In this document: positions 40,561 to 60,106 of the stretch, in pieces
Numbering within the stretch: position 1 is the first letter of the stretch
Layout: each line of letters opens with the position of its first letter
Assembly: GCA_009103225.1 (NCBI GenBank)
Contig: RHPI01001715.1
Coordinates: 655,042-719,041 of the forward strand
Direction: 5' to 3'
Source: Chlorokybus atmophyticus
Taxonomy: Eukaryota > Plantae > Mesostigma and Chlorokybus algae
Length of the DNA stretch: 64,000 nucleotides
Position numbers and translations under genes: made by a program
Notes under the pieces: model-generated
What the model was told of the DNA's origin: nothing
The model's database searches: none
The model's input: only the letters and a program-made list of their open reading frames with translations

Positions 40561-41002
40561 ATTGAATGGTTTAAACGGGGTGCGCGAGTACCCCAAAACA
40601 GCATCAGCCCTGGACGCTATTCGTGCATTTGTGCTTTTGTGCAATGGGTAAGTGTACCTTTCGTGTAGATAACGGTGCATGATGGCGGAACTTCTCCATG
40701 TACCTTGAGCTTGTATTTCTTTTAGAATAACTCCAGCATGGAAGGCGCTCTGCGCGGCAGTATGCCTGAAAGAGTGCAACCCCAGGTGCGGCCTGTATGT
40801 GCCACACGCCTTGCAGCATCGCACAACATGGCATGCACAGTTGCTGGATATGCTATGTTCTTCTCACTGTAACCTTTTCTTGGCAATCGGCCGAAATAGA
40901 GTACCAGCGGTGATGGCGAAGCAGCTTTCACAACAGTAGGTTGGATAGGCATGTAGCACTTCAAAGGACCTCCACAAGCAGACCATTGCTGCGCACTTGT
41001 AT

Positions 41003-41670
41003 CGTAACAGTCAAGGCCAAATTTCGTGATTTTCATGGCCATTTTAGGCCTTATTTGTGAGGTATCGTGTTTTTCATGACTTGTGGCGGATATCGGCGAG
41101 TTGCGAGTCTGCCGCAGATATCGTCCAGCCCAGGGCCAGTCTCGAAGACGCCAGGAAACGGAGGGCCAGTCGAAAAGAGCTCGACCAGATTTTTGGAAGG
41201 GCTTGGCGCCAAGTAGTAAAACTTGACCATATAAGCAGCAAATGAGCATCTTTGGTGCGTCGGAAAAGTGTAGAAGTGTACTACAAGATTTTGCAAGAAT
41301 ATTTTAGCTTCTAGTTCCGTCTAGCGCTGGAATCATCTAGACAGTAGCATGTACTGACTGGTAGGTAAAAAAGTGACATTCTACAATTTGCAATACAACC
41401 TTTAGCTCCCTAGTTTTTTGTGTGCAAGCCTGGTGGTGGTTAGCAGGGGTTGCTAGCGTGTGTCCACTGGTGTGTGCTTGCTTGTATGACGATCCAAGGC
41501 GCTAAACGAGTCGGTGTGTAGCTTGGAGCGCATGCGCATGCGTACGCGAGTGGCGGGGCGCGCATGTGTGCTTGGCAGAGGGGGCAAGATGCCGGTGTGA
41601 ATACCGTGTCTTTGTGAGAGGGTTGTTGATTGGACCAACTCACAGATGACAAGGTACGAGCACCGTCACA
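41003..41670 (+). mobile_element. Solo LTR (668 bp) of an LTR retrotransposon, with perfect 5-bp TSD TGTAT
   Basis: Starts (C/T)GTAACAG, ends GTCACA. TGTAT at 40998-41002 and 41671-41675. Homologous along its length to the reverse complement of 60384-61048. Confidence 0.88.
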
Positions 41671-41701
41671 TGTATGGTTCATACAATAACAGAGTACAGT
41701 G

Positions 41702-41985
41702 GCTGTGCTCTGGCGCGACTATGCACTTTGTGTGTACCTGTGGTGCACATGGCAATGGGGTGGTGAAGGGGCGCGTTTACGGATGCATGAGATACAAGCG
41801 GCAGGATCCGGGCTGTCGGCGACTGTATCCACTGTTGCCAGGAACCTGGATACAGTGGATACAGTGGCCGTCAGCCCGGATGCTGCCGCTTGTATCTCAT
41901 GCATCTGTAAACGCGCTCCTTCACCACCCCGTTGCCATGTGCACCACAAGTACACGCAAAGTGCATAGTTGAGCCAGAGCGCAAC
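41702..41985. repeat. Long fold-back: 141-bp inverted arms with 2-nt loop
   Basis: 41702-41842 versus the reverse complement of 41845-41985: 14 mismatches by hand count, no indels. Centre CCAGG-AA-CCTGG. Confidence 0.93.
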
Positions 41986-44000
41986 CTTGTCACATGTGAT
42001 TATCAATGGCTGAGGTAGGGTACACAGCTGCTGGAAGCACTGGATCAGCATGCGCAGGTCATCAATTGCCAATGACACAGCAGAAATAGGTTGAACGCCT
42101 TGCCGAGCGGCAATCTTGACATACCCTTGACGGAACTCGCGCACGTCTACAGACAAAAGCGAGTTTTCAGTAGACGTGTTGCTGTCCCGGGATGATGCGT
42201 TCTAGCAATCTGAACGAGCATGTGAGATGTGAGATCACACTGTCAAGTGACATGCTAGCGATCATGCAATGGCCATGGCGGTCGACCCTGAGAGCTTTGC
42301 CAATGTGTGTGTCGGTACAATGCTAAGCAAAGTAGCTTGTGATGGCAGCGGTAATGTTGAGCTCTGGATGTTGCAGGTAGTTGGTAAACTCTTGCCAACG
42401 CGATCGCGTTGATAGCGGGTGTCATTAGATACAGCTGCGCAGCTGATGCGCTCCATTTCCAGCAGCGTTGACATCACTCGCTCGTGCAGAATGCAGCTAA
42501 TTACTTGTTGAGGACGAGCTGTTGCGCATGTCGCGCGTTGAGCGTTAATGTTGCATACGTATTGATATTGTTGTGCGTTGAGCAAAGTGTTGCAAGCACT
42601 GTGCAAAGTCCATTTGCAAAGGGATCAACCACGGTCAGACAACATAACACAAACATTGTGATTTTGCAACTTTGGCAATGCAGTGCAGGCTCCACATCTG
42701 CAACTCTTCCCTACCAACATATGCTTGAGAGGGTGAGGTAAAATGTTCACTGCATTCACAGTTGTTCATCGTGTAAACCATAGTCATAACGATGAATGTG
42801 TTGCATTGCATGGCTTAGGTATTCTTGCCAAAGTTGGACTGTAGGTAGAATTATTGTTTGTGACAAAAGGATGTACATCGTTCATCGTGTGCAAAGTAGT
42901 ATAATGGGCGTCGCAGGCCCAGACGTCCCGTTCAGCCTGGCGACATAATCAAGATTACCGGTAGGTTGCTGTAAGGTGCACGCGGACCAATCATGCAAAT
43001 TGAACCGCAGGCACTTTCACCTATTGTTATACGCACAAGGCAGCTTGCAACATGCCACTCCTATAACCAGCTACCGACATGCACCAGGTCCAGTGCTGCT
43101 GGCTGGTTGCCGGTGGAGGAGGCGGCGAACGAGGCGGCGACCAACCGGCTGTCGGGGTCGGGGTCGGGGTCATCCCCTGCGGGAATGCGACGGGTTACGC
43201 CCTGCTCAGCGAGCAGCGAACGGCTGGTGAGCGTGTCGCTTGAAGCGCCAAACGCGGCTTAGCACAGCCCCTTTCATCTGCCACGGTTGCTTGGGGCTGC
43301 GTAGCATTGCCGTAGAGAGGAAAGCGGAGCTAGAAAACAACATATCTGTCTGTATCATGCTCGGCTGCTGCTGTCTATTCCTTGCATGGTGCTTGCACCG
43401 GCACAGCACGCGTGGTCATGTGATGTGACATTACCGCAAGGCTGTCACATCACACACACAGAACGCACGTCCACCCGACGCGCATGGGCAGCTGGAATAC
43501 CCTCGGGCATTGGTCTTATCATGCGCAGTGTGCATGCAAAGCTGTCAGTTGGTTGGCACTTGCGGTGCTCTCGGGCGGTGGTGGTGCACGCTTGTAGGCG
43601 TGCACACTCGTAGGCGGCACCTCGGGCTATCGTTGTTGTGTCGGACAGCCAGGCTTTGGGCAGAAGCCACTTAGAAGTTGTGTGGTTAGTGCGCCTGTGT
43701 GTTTTAGTAATTGTGCTGTTTCCGTCCGGCTTGCGAGTTGCAGCATAGCAAGCAATGGGCGTTACTCAGCGATGGTAAGCACTCTGGACGTCCTAACCAT
43801 GCAGCCACGTTTTGTTGTCTTTGCCTGTGCCTGTGTAAACAACAGTCCTGCTGCCTGGTGCGATTTCTGCATTGCAACATCAGCGATGGCTTTCCTGTGG
43901 AACAATGACACATGCACTTTGTGACCCGCCAGCCTGACTGTGTCTTGCCTTAAGGCTTTGGTCTTGATGAACTGTGCTCAAACGTTGCGGGTGCTGGCAG

Positions 44001-47000
44001 GCTGAAGCCCAAGGCTTCCCACTGGCAGCCTGCTGTACAGCTGTCGCTGCTGCTTCAGCTGCTTCTGCTGACGGTGTCCAGCCATCCATATTGCGCTGCC
44101 GCCGCTGCAACGCCAAGGCGCCTGCTGCTCCAGCAACTGGCTGCAGATGTGCCACAGGCGACGGCTTCTGCGGCTGAAGCGCAGGCTTGCAAGCGGATTG
44201 ATCCTGATGGAGACTATTCCATCTGGGAGTCCCCCAGCTATGCAAACTGGAGTAGGTGAGGGTGTACTATGCTTGCATGTAGCTTGATTCTTTCCATGGC
44301 AGGGGTGTGGTTACTGCCGTGTCCATTCTGGCAGTTCAATCCTGTCAGACGCGCTCATAAAGTCCTGCGCTGATCCCGGTCGCTCTGCTCAGTCGTGCAG
44401 AGAGGTCGCGTGTACATGTGCACCATGCCAGCAGGGTGCTCTCATACTATTGAGTGTGTGTGCATGAATGCATGGGCGCTGTCTTGTGTCACTGATCTCT
44501 CATGGAAGTGCGGTGGCATCACTCGTTGTGGCGTTGAATGAGTATGCTGGTTTGCATTTATCAGGAGGCTGCCTCATGGAGAAGGTGCAGAGGCCCATCC
44601 TGAGCAGTGGAGAAGGCATATGTATTGTGGAACAGGAATGTGGAATGCCCGTGGCACGGACACTCCAGGTCAGTAGACCTCAGCACCCTGCTTGTCTGCA
44701 ATAATAATAAGAACATAGTCCATGTCAGTTGAAGTTGGTCGTAGTTGATATACTGACGTGCAGTTGGTCGCAGGCTTCATTCGCGCTATGCTCGGAGATG
44801 TTTTGTCTTATTTTGAGACCCCTGTCATGACTGCTGTTCGCTTGATTCTTCTGGTGAGCATTACATCACTATCCTAGAAAGTTTACCTGTCTCTGCCAGT
44901 GCTAAAGCGCATAGCGGCGCGCGCTTCGCGGGCTTTGTGTACAGCATTTCCCTAACAACAACTGTTGTCTAGAACCAAAGTGACCAAATCAGCAAGTATG
45001 TGTACCCGTCTGAGGAAGATAAGCAATGGAAAGGCGAGAAGAACTACGATCGCTTCATTCAGTGGCGCGTCCCCACTTTGCAGGAAAAGGTCTGTATACA
45101 TCAGTCATGTTTGGCAGGTAACCGTGGTTGCTGTGGCTTAAAAGCAGTGCTTGTGCATTCTCCTCAGTCGTTTTCTCTTTGCAGGTGAAACCGGTGCCAG
45201 GCTTGAGTGAGGCAGCAGCCATGTGCCGTGCGCGTGTGTACATGGACACGCGATTTCTTGCGGTCTCTCGCGGTCACGATGGCGAACTCCAAGCATCATT
45301 GTGGGAAGGGTCACTGGATGAAGGGCATGACACGGTGCGTTTATGTGCCTGCGTGATGGAGTGCTACTTAGTGCACAAGTTGTCAATAGCCAGGGATACG
45401 CAATGCGCTTTAAGCCGCAACCGCCTGTCGCATCGCCCAAGTACACTATAGCAGGACTTGAGCTGTGGTCTACTTGCTAGTGCCCCTCAACTTGTGCTAT
45501 TTGCAGCTGTACACAACAGTCTGGCAACAGGCCACCATTGGTCCCAACCCGTATGGGCCAAACTCAGCGACTTTCTTCCCGGACGTTGACCACCGCGGCA
45601 TTAATGTGGTGCGTTGAACATGTTTGCAACACCATCACCATTTGACACCATTTAAATGCTTGCCTGGCAACGCGGGTTTGTGTCCGGTTGAAACTGCTTG
45701 TTCAAACATAGTATTGAAAACAAACTACTGTACGTCTTGTGTGCGTCGTCTCCAGGAGCAATGGGCAGATCAGTTTCGCAATATGAAGGGTGAGAACTCG
45801 TGCTCCGACCTGGGCGAAGTCCTCACTCCAGGGTACCTTGAGAGCAGCATGGTGTCGTCGTATGAGCTTCGCGACAAAAGGTTCCGCATCTACCCAGACA
45901 AGTTCTTCTGGCAGCCGCATGTGCTGCCCGTCGCAATACAGGCTGGTTTCTACAAGGTAAGGTTCCAGTTGTCACCACAGTGGCCACAGATCAGCCTCAC
46001 CTGTGCTTGTGTTTGCATGCAACCTTCCCACAGAACATCTCTGCAAGAGTCTGCTGCATCATAATGGGACCTTCATTACGCATCAGTGTCTGCCAACATG
46101 CATGGAGGGACAGGCACTTATGGGGGAGCTGACAGTGCTGCTTGCAGGTGTGGGAGCGCTATACTGGGTTGGCGAATGCACTGCTCGTGGATGGAACAGC
46201 AGATGCACAGAACCCCACCTTCTGCGTGGAACCCGATGCAAGTGGACGGCTGATGGTTTGCGACTTTATCCGCATGACTGGCTGTGGCGAAGTCGTGCCT
46301 GATGCACCTCCTCATCACGCGATCCTCAGCGATAAACCTGCCAATGTAATGCAATCCACATGTCTAACAGCTCGCAGTAGAATCTCATGCTTCCGACCTA
46401 TGTTGCTGTCAGGTCTGTTGCACCTAGTTGATGACTACCCTCATGGTTTTGTTGGTTTCAAATCTGTTTGCTGCAGGTGGTTGGCATAGTACTCGCAACT
46501 CCTATGGAAACAGGAGATGCTGCATCAGACGCCATTGCAAAGGTGCGATGGTGCGCTGCAGCGGAACTCCTGCGCGGTCACGCACCAACAGACAAGCTGC
46601 CTGACGGTTATGTCATCCCGCCAGCTGCTGAGGAAGCCGTGCACAACGCTGTCTACATGGACAAGACCTTGAAGGCGCAGCTGCTCCGGGTCGGCGAAAC
46701 TGGCTGGGCAGATGCCAGCATATGCCAAAGGGTAAGCTCATCCTGTCCCGCTGCTCACTCCATCACACGTTGCAACAAACAAGTTGACCATACTGACTTG
46801 GTTGCGCATGCACGCACACACGCATGTGAGCATTGGCTTGATCATCTGTGTTGGACTGGGATAAGTCAGGGATGATTGCGCCTTCGTGATTGTGCCGTAT
46901 CAGCGGTTTCTGAACAAGGTGATTTTCTAAGTGATGACGCTTCCTTCCTTCCCACAGGTCCTGCAGGAGTTTCACGCCAAGCAGCTGCCGAAAGCAGCGC

Positions 47001-47101
47001 TCCTACCCATGTCCGCATTCAGCCAGACGCTGGATGCTGCTGCTCTTCAGGGCGCACACACCAGCTTGCAGCAGATTGTAGGAAGCGCTGTGGCGCATTG
47101 A
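44001..47101 (+). CDS. Unrecognised multi-exon protein, probably secreted (start codon lies upstream, not located)
   Basis: Successive GT-AG-bounded coding blocks (about 44001-44253, 44990-45090, 45185-45333, 45507-45608, 45755-45957, 46149-46345, 46477-46733, 46959-47101). The N-terminal block has a hydrophobic stretch LSLLLQLLLLTVSS and an RRLLL motif. No family recognised. Confidence 0.6.
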
Positions 47102-48394
47102 TCTTGAAGGTGGATCGCGGAAGGCCGAAACAAGGGGTACATGTTGGTGAACCTTTGTACAGACAACATTCTAGGAGACGTGTCGCTGGTCATTGTTTGG
47201 TTGATCCTCAGCTCTTGAGTTAGTCTTGGCTGATCACAGCCGTCCATCATGGTTGTGTTTATCTGTGTAGTTGCACGTGTTCAGCGTACTGGGTGCTAAT
47301 TGTTGATGGTTGTAGAGTACTGACTGTTTTGCTCATCAAGGTCAGTTCAGTAGCACATGGGATTCTACCTTTTATCAAGCCACCACAGTGTGATTATGTA
47401 CCCGTGGTGAGTTGTGGGAAACGGAAATTGTAGGATGGGGCTGCTTGCATTTGATCAAGACAGTTGGTATGCATTGCTGTGCATGCACCATCATTTCGTG
47501 GAGGCAACACTTATTTGTATGGTGAAACTTACTCTGCATGTGAACAGAGATAAGCCACTGCTCCCGTATCGTACGCAGGCAGCCACACAGGCAAGCATGC
47601 AAACAAAAGCCAGCATTGCGAGGTTGGCAAGCAACAATCCAATGCAGGCCTGCCTAGTTGCGTGCTCTTTGAAGCAACGAGAGGAGGATTGTCTGGGTGG
47701 GAGTGGTTGAACTACCCGAGTACAGAGGTAAGTTTGGCAGAACGTTGCATGCAGTGCAGTGGGCATGGCAGTAACACCGCCAGTAGCCCATGCAATGGTG
47801 ATGGTGTAAAGTTCAGCGGGCCTGCCACGGAATAGTGCAAAGCCGCCATTGTGACAGTGGCAAAGTGGTCTTGAGTAAGAGCAGTGCAGGCCAGTGCCAT
47901 CATCATCTTCAATGCCACTGCAGGGGGTAACATATGACCAAGACCACAAGCGTCATACGTGCACAAGTGCTCCAATTGCGGCTTTGTTACAATGAATTTG
48001 TGCCACTACGCTCGCTTCCCATGCAGTTTGTGTCGCAACCACTACAGATATGTTGCTCACTTTGGTTTGCTGCGCTGACTGCAGCAAAGGAGTAGCGTCA
48101 GATATGGCAGATGCACAAGCTCTTGAACCTCATCACCATTCACATAGCATGACCGACTGTGACCAACAGGGCTGTACATCTAGTTGCTTTCTTCACACGG
48201 TCACACGCAGTTCATTTATGGAAACCCCGTAAACTCCACCAAAGAACAGATGGTTAACTCAGACTCAACACTGTGATGCCCGCAAGTGTGTATCATTCAG
48301 CTGACCAAAATCGGTGCCGCAACTAAACTTGCACGCACTACCCCTTGCTAATCACGCATCTCTATAACAAACAACCACTCACACCAGTCCATAT

Positions 48395-51504
<3,110 letters not shown>

Positions 51505-52403
51505 GTTGACAACACCAACCCTGCCACCACCACCGCCGCCTGCCACTCCTCGCAGTAAAGTCCTTAACTCCGTGCTGCGCACAGCAGAGCTGCCGGCGAA
51601 AAGTTCCCTCGAATCTAGCAAGAAACAAGTTTTTAATTGGCTGGGGAGGTGGCTGCGAGATACTGTCACGTTATCTCACGTGGAAACCAGTTGACCGCAT
51701 GCTGATGGTCTGCATGCGGTCGACCTCTTTCCTGGCTCCAAAAATCGATCACAATGCGGATCTGATCGCACGTGACGTCACTAGCCTGAACAAGCGTAAT
51801 CTGCACTACGTAACACGACCGGAAAGCTGACTGAGTCGGTTCGGGCGGTCAAACTTTGGCTTCGTAACTGACCAGGGAATGCTAAACATACGGCTAAGCG
51901 AACCAGGAACCAGAACTGCGCACGCATTACGTTTATTGTGTTACGCTGGTTTTACCGGCTGTTCTGGTCGAGTTACTCACGTAGTCTTCTTTGTAGGCAG
52001 GTTGTTGCGTGCAGCCTGCATTGAGCTGTGCGCCACCTGGCAGTGTTGTTGGCGGTGCTAGCAGCAACGTCGCCACCGACGCCTTTACTGTCAGTTCTCT
52101 TGTGCCTCTGCTGCCTGCTGGTCTGCGCCTCTTTGCCAAGCTGTGGTCCAGTCAGGCCAGACTGCAGCATTCCAAGCTACAACAGCGAGCTGCTAAGCTT
52201 CTGCGGTAAGGGCTGAAGCTCATGTCCATGCCCAGTATACATTGGCTGTTTGTCACGTGCTCGTTGCCATTTTGACGACAACGGTTCCCGAGCGAAACTG
52301 CTGTGCAATGAACATCATAGACCAGTTGTGTAGCTGGTTTGCATGTGGGTAATGCTGGCTGCGGTAGCGTTAATCATGCTGCTTACACGCTGCTGTAACG
52401 TGA

Positions 52404-55880
<3,477 letters not shown>

Positions 55881-56829
55881 ATTTTTACTGCAGGCACTGC
55901 ATGCTTTTGTGCTTCTGTCCAGGTTGATAATTAGTGTAGGTTTGCGGCATTGATTGACAGGCAAAGACCAAGAACAGTTGTTTTGATTGATTGCACCAGC
56001 GCGTAAGCAGATCTGGTATTTGCGTGACAACATCTGTTTTGTCCTGTAAATGATGAGAGCAGCAAGTGCATTGCTTTATACTATCAGTGACATGACCAAG
56101 TTGCTTTCTCCTACCTGATTGCTGAGTGCTGACATTGGAGGTTGCTTCAAGCACTCGCATAGTCAGCAGGCAATCTTGGGCCCTGCTCCATTCTTATTCA
56201 ATACTGGCATGCATGTAAGCTGCGCTGCAGACCGAGATGTGCTGCAGCCTTTGGGGTCCACACTCCAGCAAGCGATGTGTGCCGTGAATGCCACAATTGG
56301 GAAGATGTAAAGATAGACATGTTTATCATTGTCGCTATGTGCCAGCCCATATGCGTGTTGATGCAGTGGCGATGCATAACAGCATAAGAGCATGTCAATG
56401 CATGGACTCAGTAGTGGCATCATCACCCGGAGGCCCAGACATCTCTCCGGCAGTATATACAGATGAACGCCGCCTGCCTACTGCCATGTTACAGAGCTGC
56501 TTGACGGGTAAACATTGGTGCAGTGGATAGACCATCCAGCCACAACTGCGGACAGGCCAAGGCCATTGCAAACAGTTTCAAGGTTCAAGCTGATAAAGAC
56601 AGACCAGCTTATCTCCTTTACCAGTGGTTCGTGTACAACAAAAGCCTACCCCAACCAAGGAACTCCCTGGCTACACAGAGAACAGCAACCTGTCCTTATC
56701 CTGACAACCACCTGCTGTACCTACATGCCCAACTGACCCGTACAGGCCTAGAATCAACACTAAGTGCCAACGTGTGTATATGTATGTCTCTATGCGCGTG
56801 TGAATCAACATACAACTAACCGCCGTATG

Positions 56830-59221
56830 TTACTGAGCCGCAGACTGCATCAAGATCTTGTAGTCGCGCTCAGCGAACTCTGGCACGGGCTGGTCCGGGT
56901 ACAGCTGGAGGAGGAGAGTGCGCAGCTGGACATTGAACGGCCGGTAAAAGTCCTCAAGCAGCTGCCCGGTCTCCGGCAGGTAGCTCTCCTGGTTCGGGCA
57001 CTCGTTCTTGTGCGTCGTTGCATCGTTCAAGTGCTCCTCCGGCAGCGCGCCTGGCCTCAAGTCCATACCCAAGTGATCAAAAACCTGTGGACAACTTGTT
57101 AGTTGCAAACAAGAGCCAGGAGAGTCGCTACACAACTTGCATTAGAGCTGCATGAAAGCAAGCTTAAGTATTGCAGCACCAAGCAGCAAACCACAAGATA
57201 CCCGATAAGATTACATGGGGGCCGAGGCACAGCTGAGCAGTTACATGCGCATGCTTTCACCTGCTGAACAGCTTGTCGAGGGTCTTCCTTGATGGCGGCA
57301 AAATCAAGAACCAGCATGGAGTCGGCGGAGAAGTAGCTTAGCCACACGGCCAAACCCGCCACGTACCAGTTGCGGATCGGCACTGATCCTTGGCATGCCA
57401 GGTATATCTGTACATTGCGTGGTTGAATTAGGGACGAGTCAACTGTTGGTTTGGGTTAGGGTTGGGGGAGATTTGCATTTGTGTGCAAGTCACCACTGAC
57501 CAACATGCACGCGTACTAGTACACTGTGTACATGGCGCATATACATGTAGGTCGCTTGCACTGCATGTGAACACACGCTGCATTCATGTGTAACAACATG
57601 TGTGACAACAGAACATTGCACCGCCAATGCTATTGCATGAGTACAGGAGGCATCCACCAGGTTGTAACCAACATTTGGTGGATCCTACCAGCAATCATGC
57701 CATAGCATGCGCGAACAGCAGATCTGGCATGGTTGTTGCATGCCAGATCCACATTGCCAGATGTTTTGATTGCAAGCTTCCTACCCGGCGGATGTCACCC
57801 AGCTTGTCGGCATATTCCAAGCACTCCCTCGCGCGCTTCACTTGATAGGGCACCCACTCGTCAAAACTGACATTGCATGGGATGCGGTCATGTCTGCCAA
57901 CCAACACACAAAATATGACATCAACTCCCGCTCTTCACACCCTAGGAATCACACCACAACGCACATGCTCGCTCGCGTGCTGACCTGCCCAAGTGATTGA
58001 ACCAGCTGAACAGCTGTGCGGTGGGGTCGCGCAAGCTCACGATGAACTTGAGCTTGCGCGCCAGCTCCGGCCCATACATCTGCGCGATGTGCGCCGCGCC
58101 AGACTCTGCATGCAGCATGTAGTCGGGACTCGCATCCACAATGTATTGCAGCGCCTGAACAGGTACAGCAATATGTCAAGCGCTGTCAAATGCAACAACC
58201 AAGTTGACACGAGTGACAAGACGGTTTGTACCCCATTGTCGGCCATGCTGCATTCTGGGAACAGCTTTCTGTACAAGTGCAGGCGTTCAATGGGGTTTGA
58301 GAAGAGGTCCTGAGGCCTCCCAAAGAATTGCTGCTCCTTTGGGTACGACCACACACGCCCGTGGCCAGTAATTTCACTGCAGACAGTACAATGCCCATGA
58401 CAAGTCAGCATTGATTCAACCAATGTGACATTGTAGACAACGCTTAAGTCAGTGCATTCTAGTGAGATGTTAGCAACAAGTAAGCACTTACTTGACAAGG
58501 TAACCCCAGATGGTGGTGGTGGCAGCCTGCCATGTGCAACAGAAAGTCAATTACCAACTCAAGTTTCAACCATACATAAGCTCCGTTTTGAACATGCGTG
58601 CCTTTGGAACTCCTATCACGAATGCTTGGGGCAGCAATCGCCCACCACTGCAAATCAGAGGGACGGTTGTAGCGCCTTCCTTCTGCGGGAGCGGGTATGC
58701 TCGATCGGCTTCGGGGAGCCCTGCCAGCAAGAAGTAAGCTTGAGCTATGGCGTGATGGCATTACGTTGAACCACCACCCAACACCCATGCCTGCGCGTCA
58801 TGCCTTGCAAGGTCAAACAGTTCCACCTGAGTGTCGTCCTTGCAAGATAACAACATTCATGTTACACAGTTGCACACATGCTCATGCATACACGCATGCA
58901 CACACATTTGTGCACACTCACATGCACGCCTACGCGCTTGAGCACATGCACTTGTACATGCAGGCATATTCATGAAAAGGTGCAACAGGTACCTGGATCG
59001 GCGGCGGTAACAGGGGTGCCAGCATTCCTAGTCGCTAGGATCTGAATGCGCTGCAACCTCTGGACATGCCATGCGGCGTGAGACCACCGATTGACTGTGC
59101 CGTCTGTCCGGTTGTACTGGAACAACCTCGCCGGTGAGGAGGAGCTGAAGCTGTCGTCCGCAGCAACTGCACAGACCACGAGTAACAGCAGCAGCAGGAG
59201 CCGCCAAAGGAGCACAGTCAT
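56830..59221 (-). CDS. Secretory-pathway PAPS-dependent sulfotransferase (heparan-sulfate 3-O/NDST-like fold)
   Basis: Signal peptide MTVLLWRLLLLLLLVVCAVAA. 5'-PSB motif LPQAFVIGVPK|AATTTIWGYL, KEQQFF, DASPDY, 3'-PB motif KFIVSLRDPTAQLFSWF, WLSYF...LVLDF, LEDFYRPFN. Confidence 0.85.
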
Positions 59222-60106
59222 TGTCCTGCTGCTCGTGCTCCTACTGCTTGTCCTCCTCCAACTGCTAATTGTTGATTTTTCTCAGACTTAGGCTGCTCCT
59301 AAGCTGGCACAGGCACAGAGCATGTCACGCGCTTCGTCCGTATCCTCGTGGTCGTCCAACACAGGCGAGCATGTCATGACAAGGAAACCCACAAAACAAC
59401 GGCAAAACAAACCATGACGACACTGACATGACATGCTGCTTCTCACTTTCTTACAGCCAGCGCAGCGCACCAGCAAAAAGCTGTCAGTGCACTGTCCTGC
59501 CCGTAAGCTCCAGCCAACAAACCAACAGCAGCACTTTCCCTCATCCACCCCGCCGCCTCTGCGGCCTCAGCCACCGCCGCCGTCACCACTGGCAACGCCT
59601 GACTACTGACCTACGCTCACCCACAGCGGAACGTGCGCCCGCACGCCTGTCAGCAAGCGCAGCAGCGCCACCAGTAAAACTCATGGACTACACGACGTTA
59701 CACTCACTGTAACTGCGTTACGATACAAACGGGGGGTGGGGTCAAACGCGGTCGGACTAACCGCTGTTAACAGGCAATTTGCCGCGTTGCTTCCTTGGTC
59801 AAGCGCGTTTACGGTCGGACGGAGACTGAAGAGCACGAACGTGGTTGCCCGGGAAGATGGTGAATGAGGAGTCTTCAGTTCGCTGATTGATGCTGAGGAG
59901 CGGAAGTCTTGCGCCGCAGAAGTTGCACGCAAATTCAATTTTGTGTTTGGCAGTTGAAACCTATGAGAAAAGGGCGCGTAATCGCTCCGGGTTGAGGACG
60001 ACACCCGCCGCTGTGCCAGGATTGCACAAACTGCAAGTCAACTGGGCCAGGAGCGTTAACTGCGAGCAACATACCAGAACGTTCAGTGCCAGGAAAGCCA
60101 CTGGTA

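Larger units (their letters stand above)
40640..42600 (-). pseudogene. Tyrosine recombinase remnant, interrupted by a solo LTR and an inverted duplication
   Basis: Box I region YALCVYLWCTWQRGGEGARL (about 41900-41975, minus). C-terminal HSFRHTAAQSAFHAG...IQAQGTWRSSAIMHRY (about 40660-40780). The frame EP|YKCAAMVCLW runs across the LTR insertion site. Confidence 0.85.
36500..42620 (+). mobile_element. Decayed DIRS-order (tyrosine-recombinase) retrotransposon with antisense YR gene (kangaroo-like layout); boundaries approximate
   Basis: RT, RNase H and methyltransferase-like remnants on +, YR remnants on -, a gag-like region upstream. Terminal repeats not identified. Confidence 0.8.

Noticed and set aside
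35900-43300. Split direct repeats or inverted terminal repeats delimiting the DIRS element
   Set aside because: None found by eye, so the boundaries are left approximate.
58761-58763. Apparent in-frame TAA inside the sulfotransferase, suggesting a TAR=Gln code as in some ulvophytes
   Set aside because: The TAA lies in the intron when the CATAG acceptor at 58745 is used, which matches the phase of the previous exon. SDH2, UGE, SELENOM and PGM also end at TAG/TAA exactly where expected.
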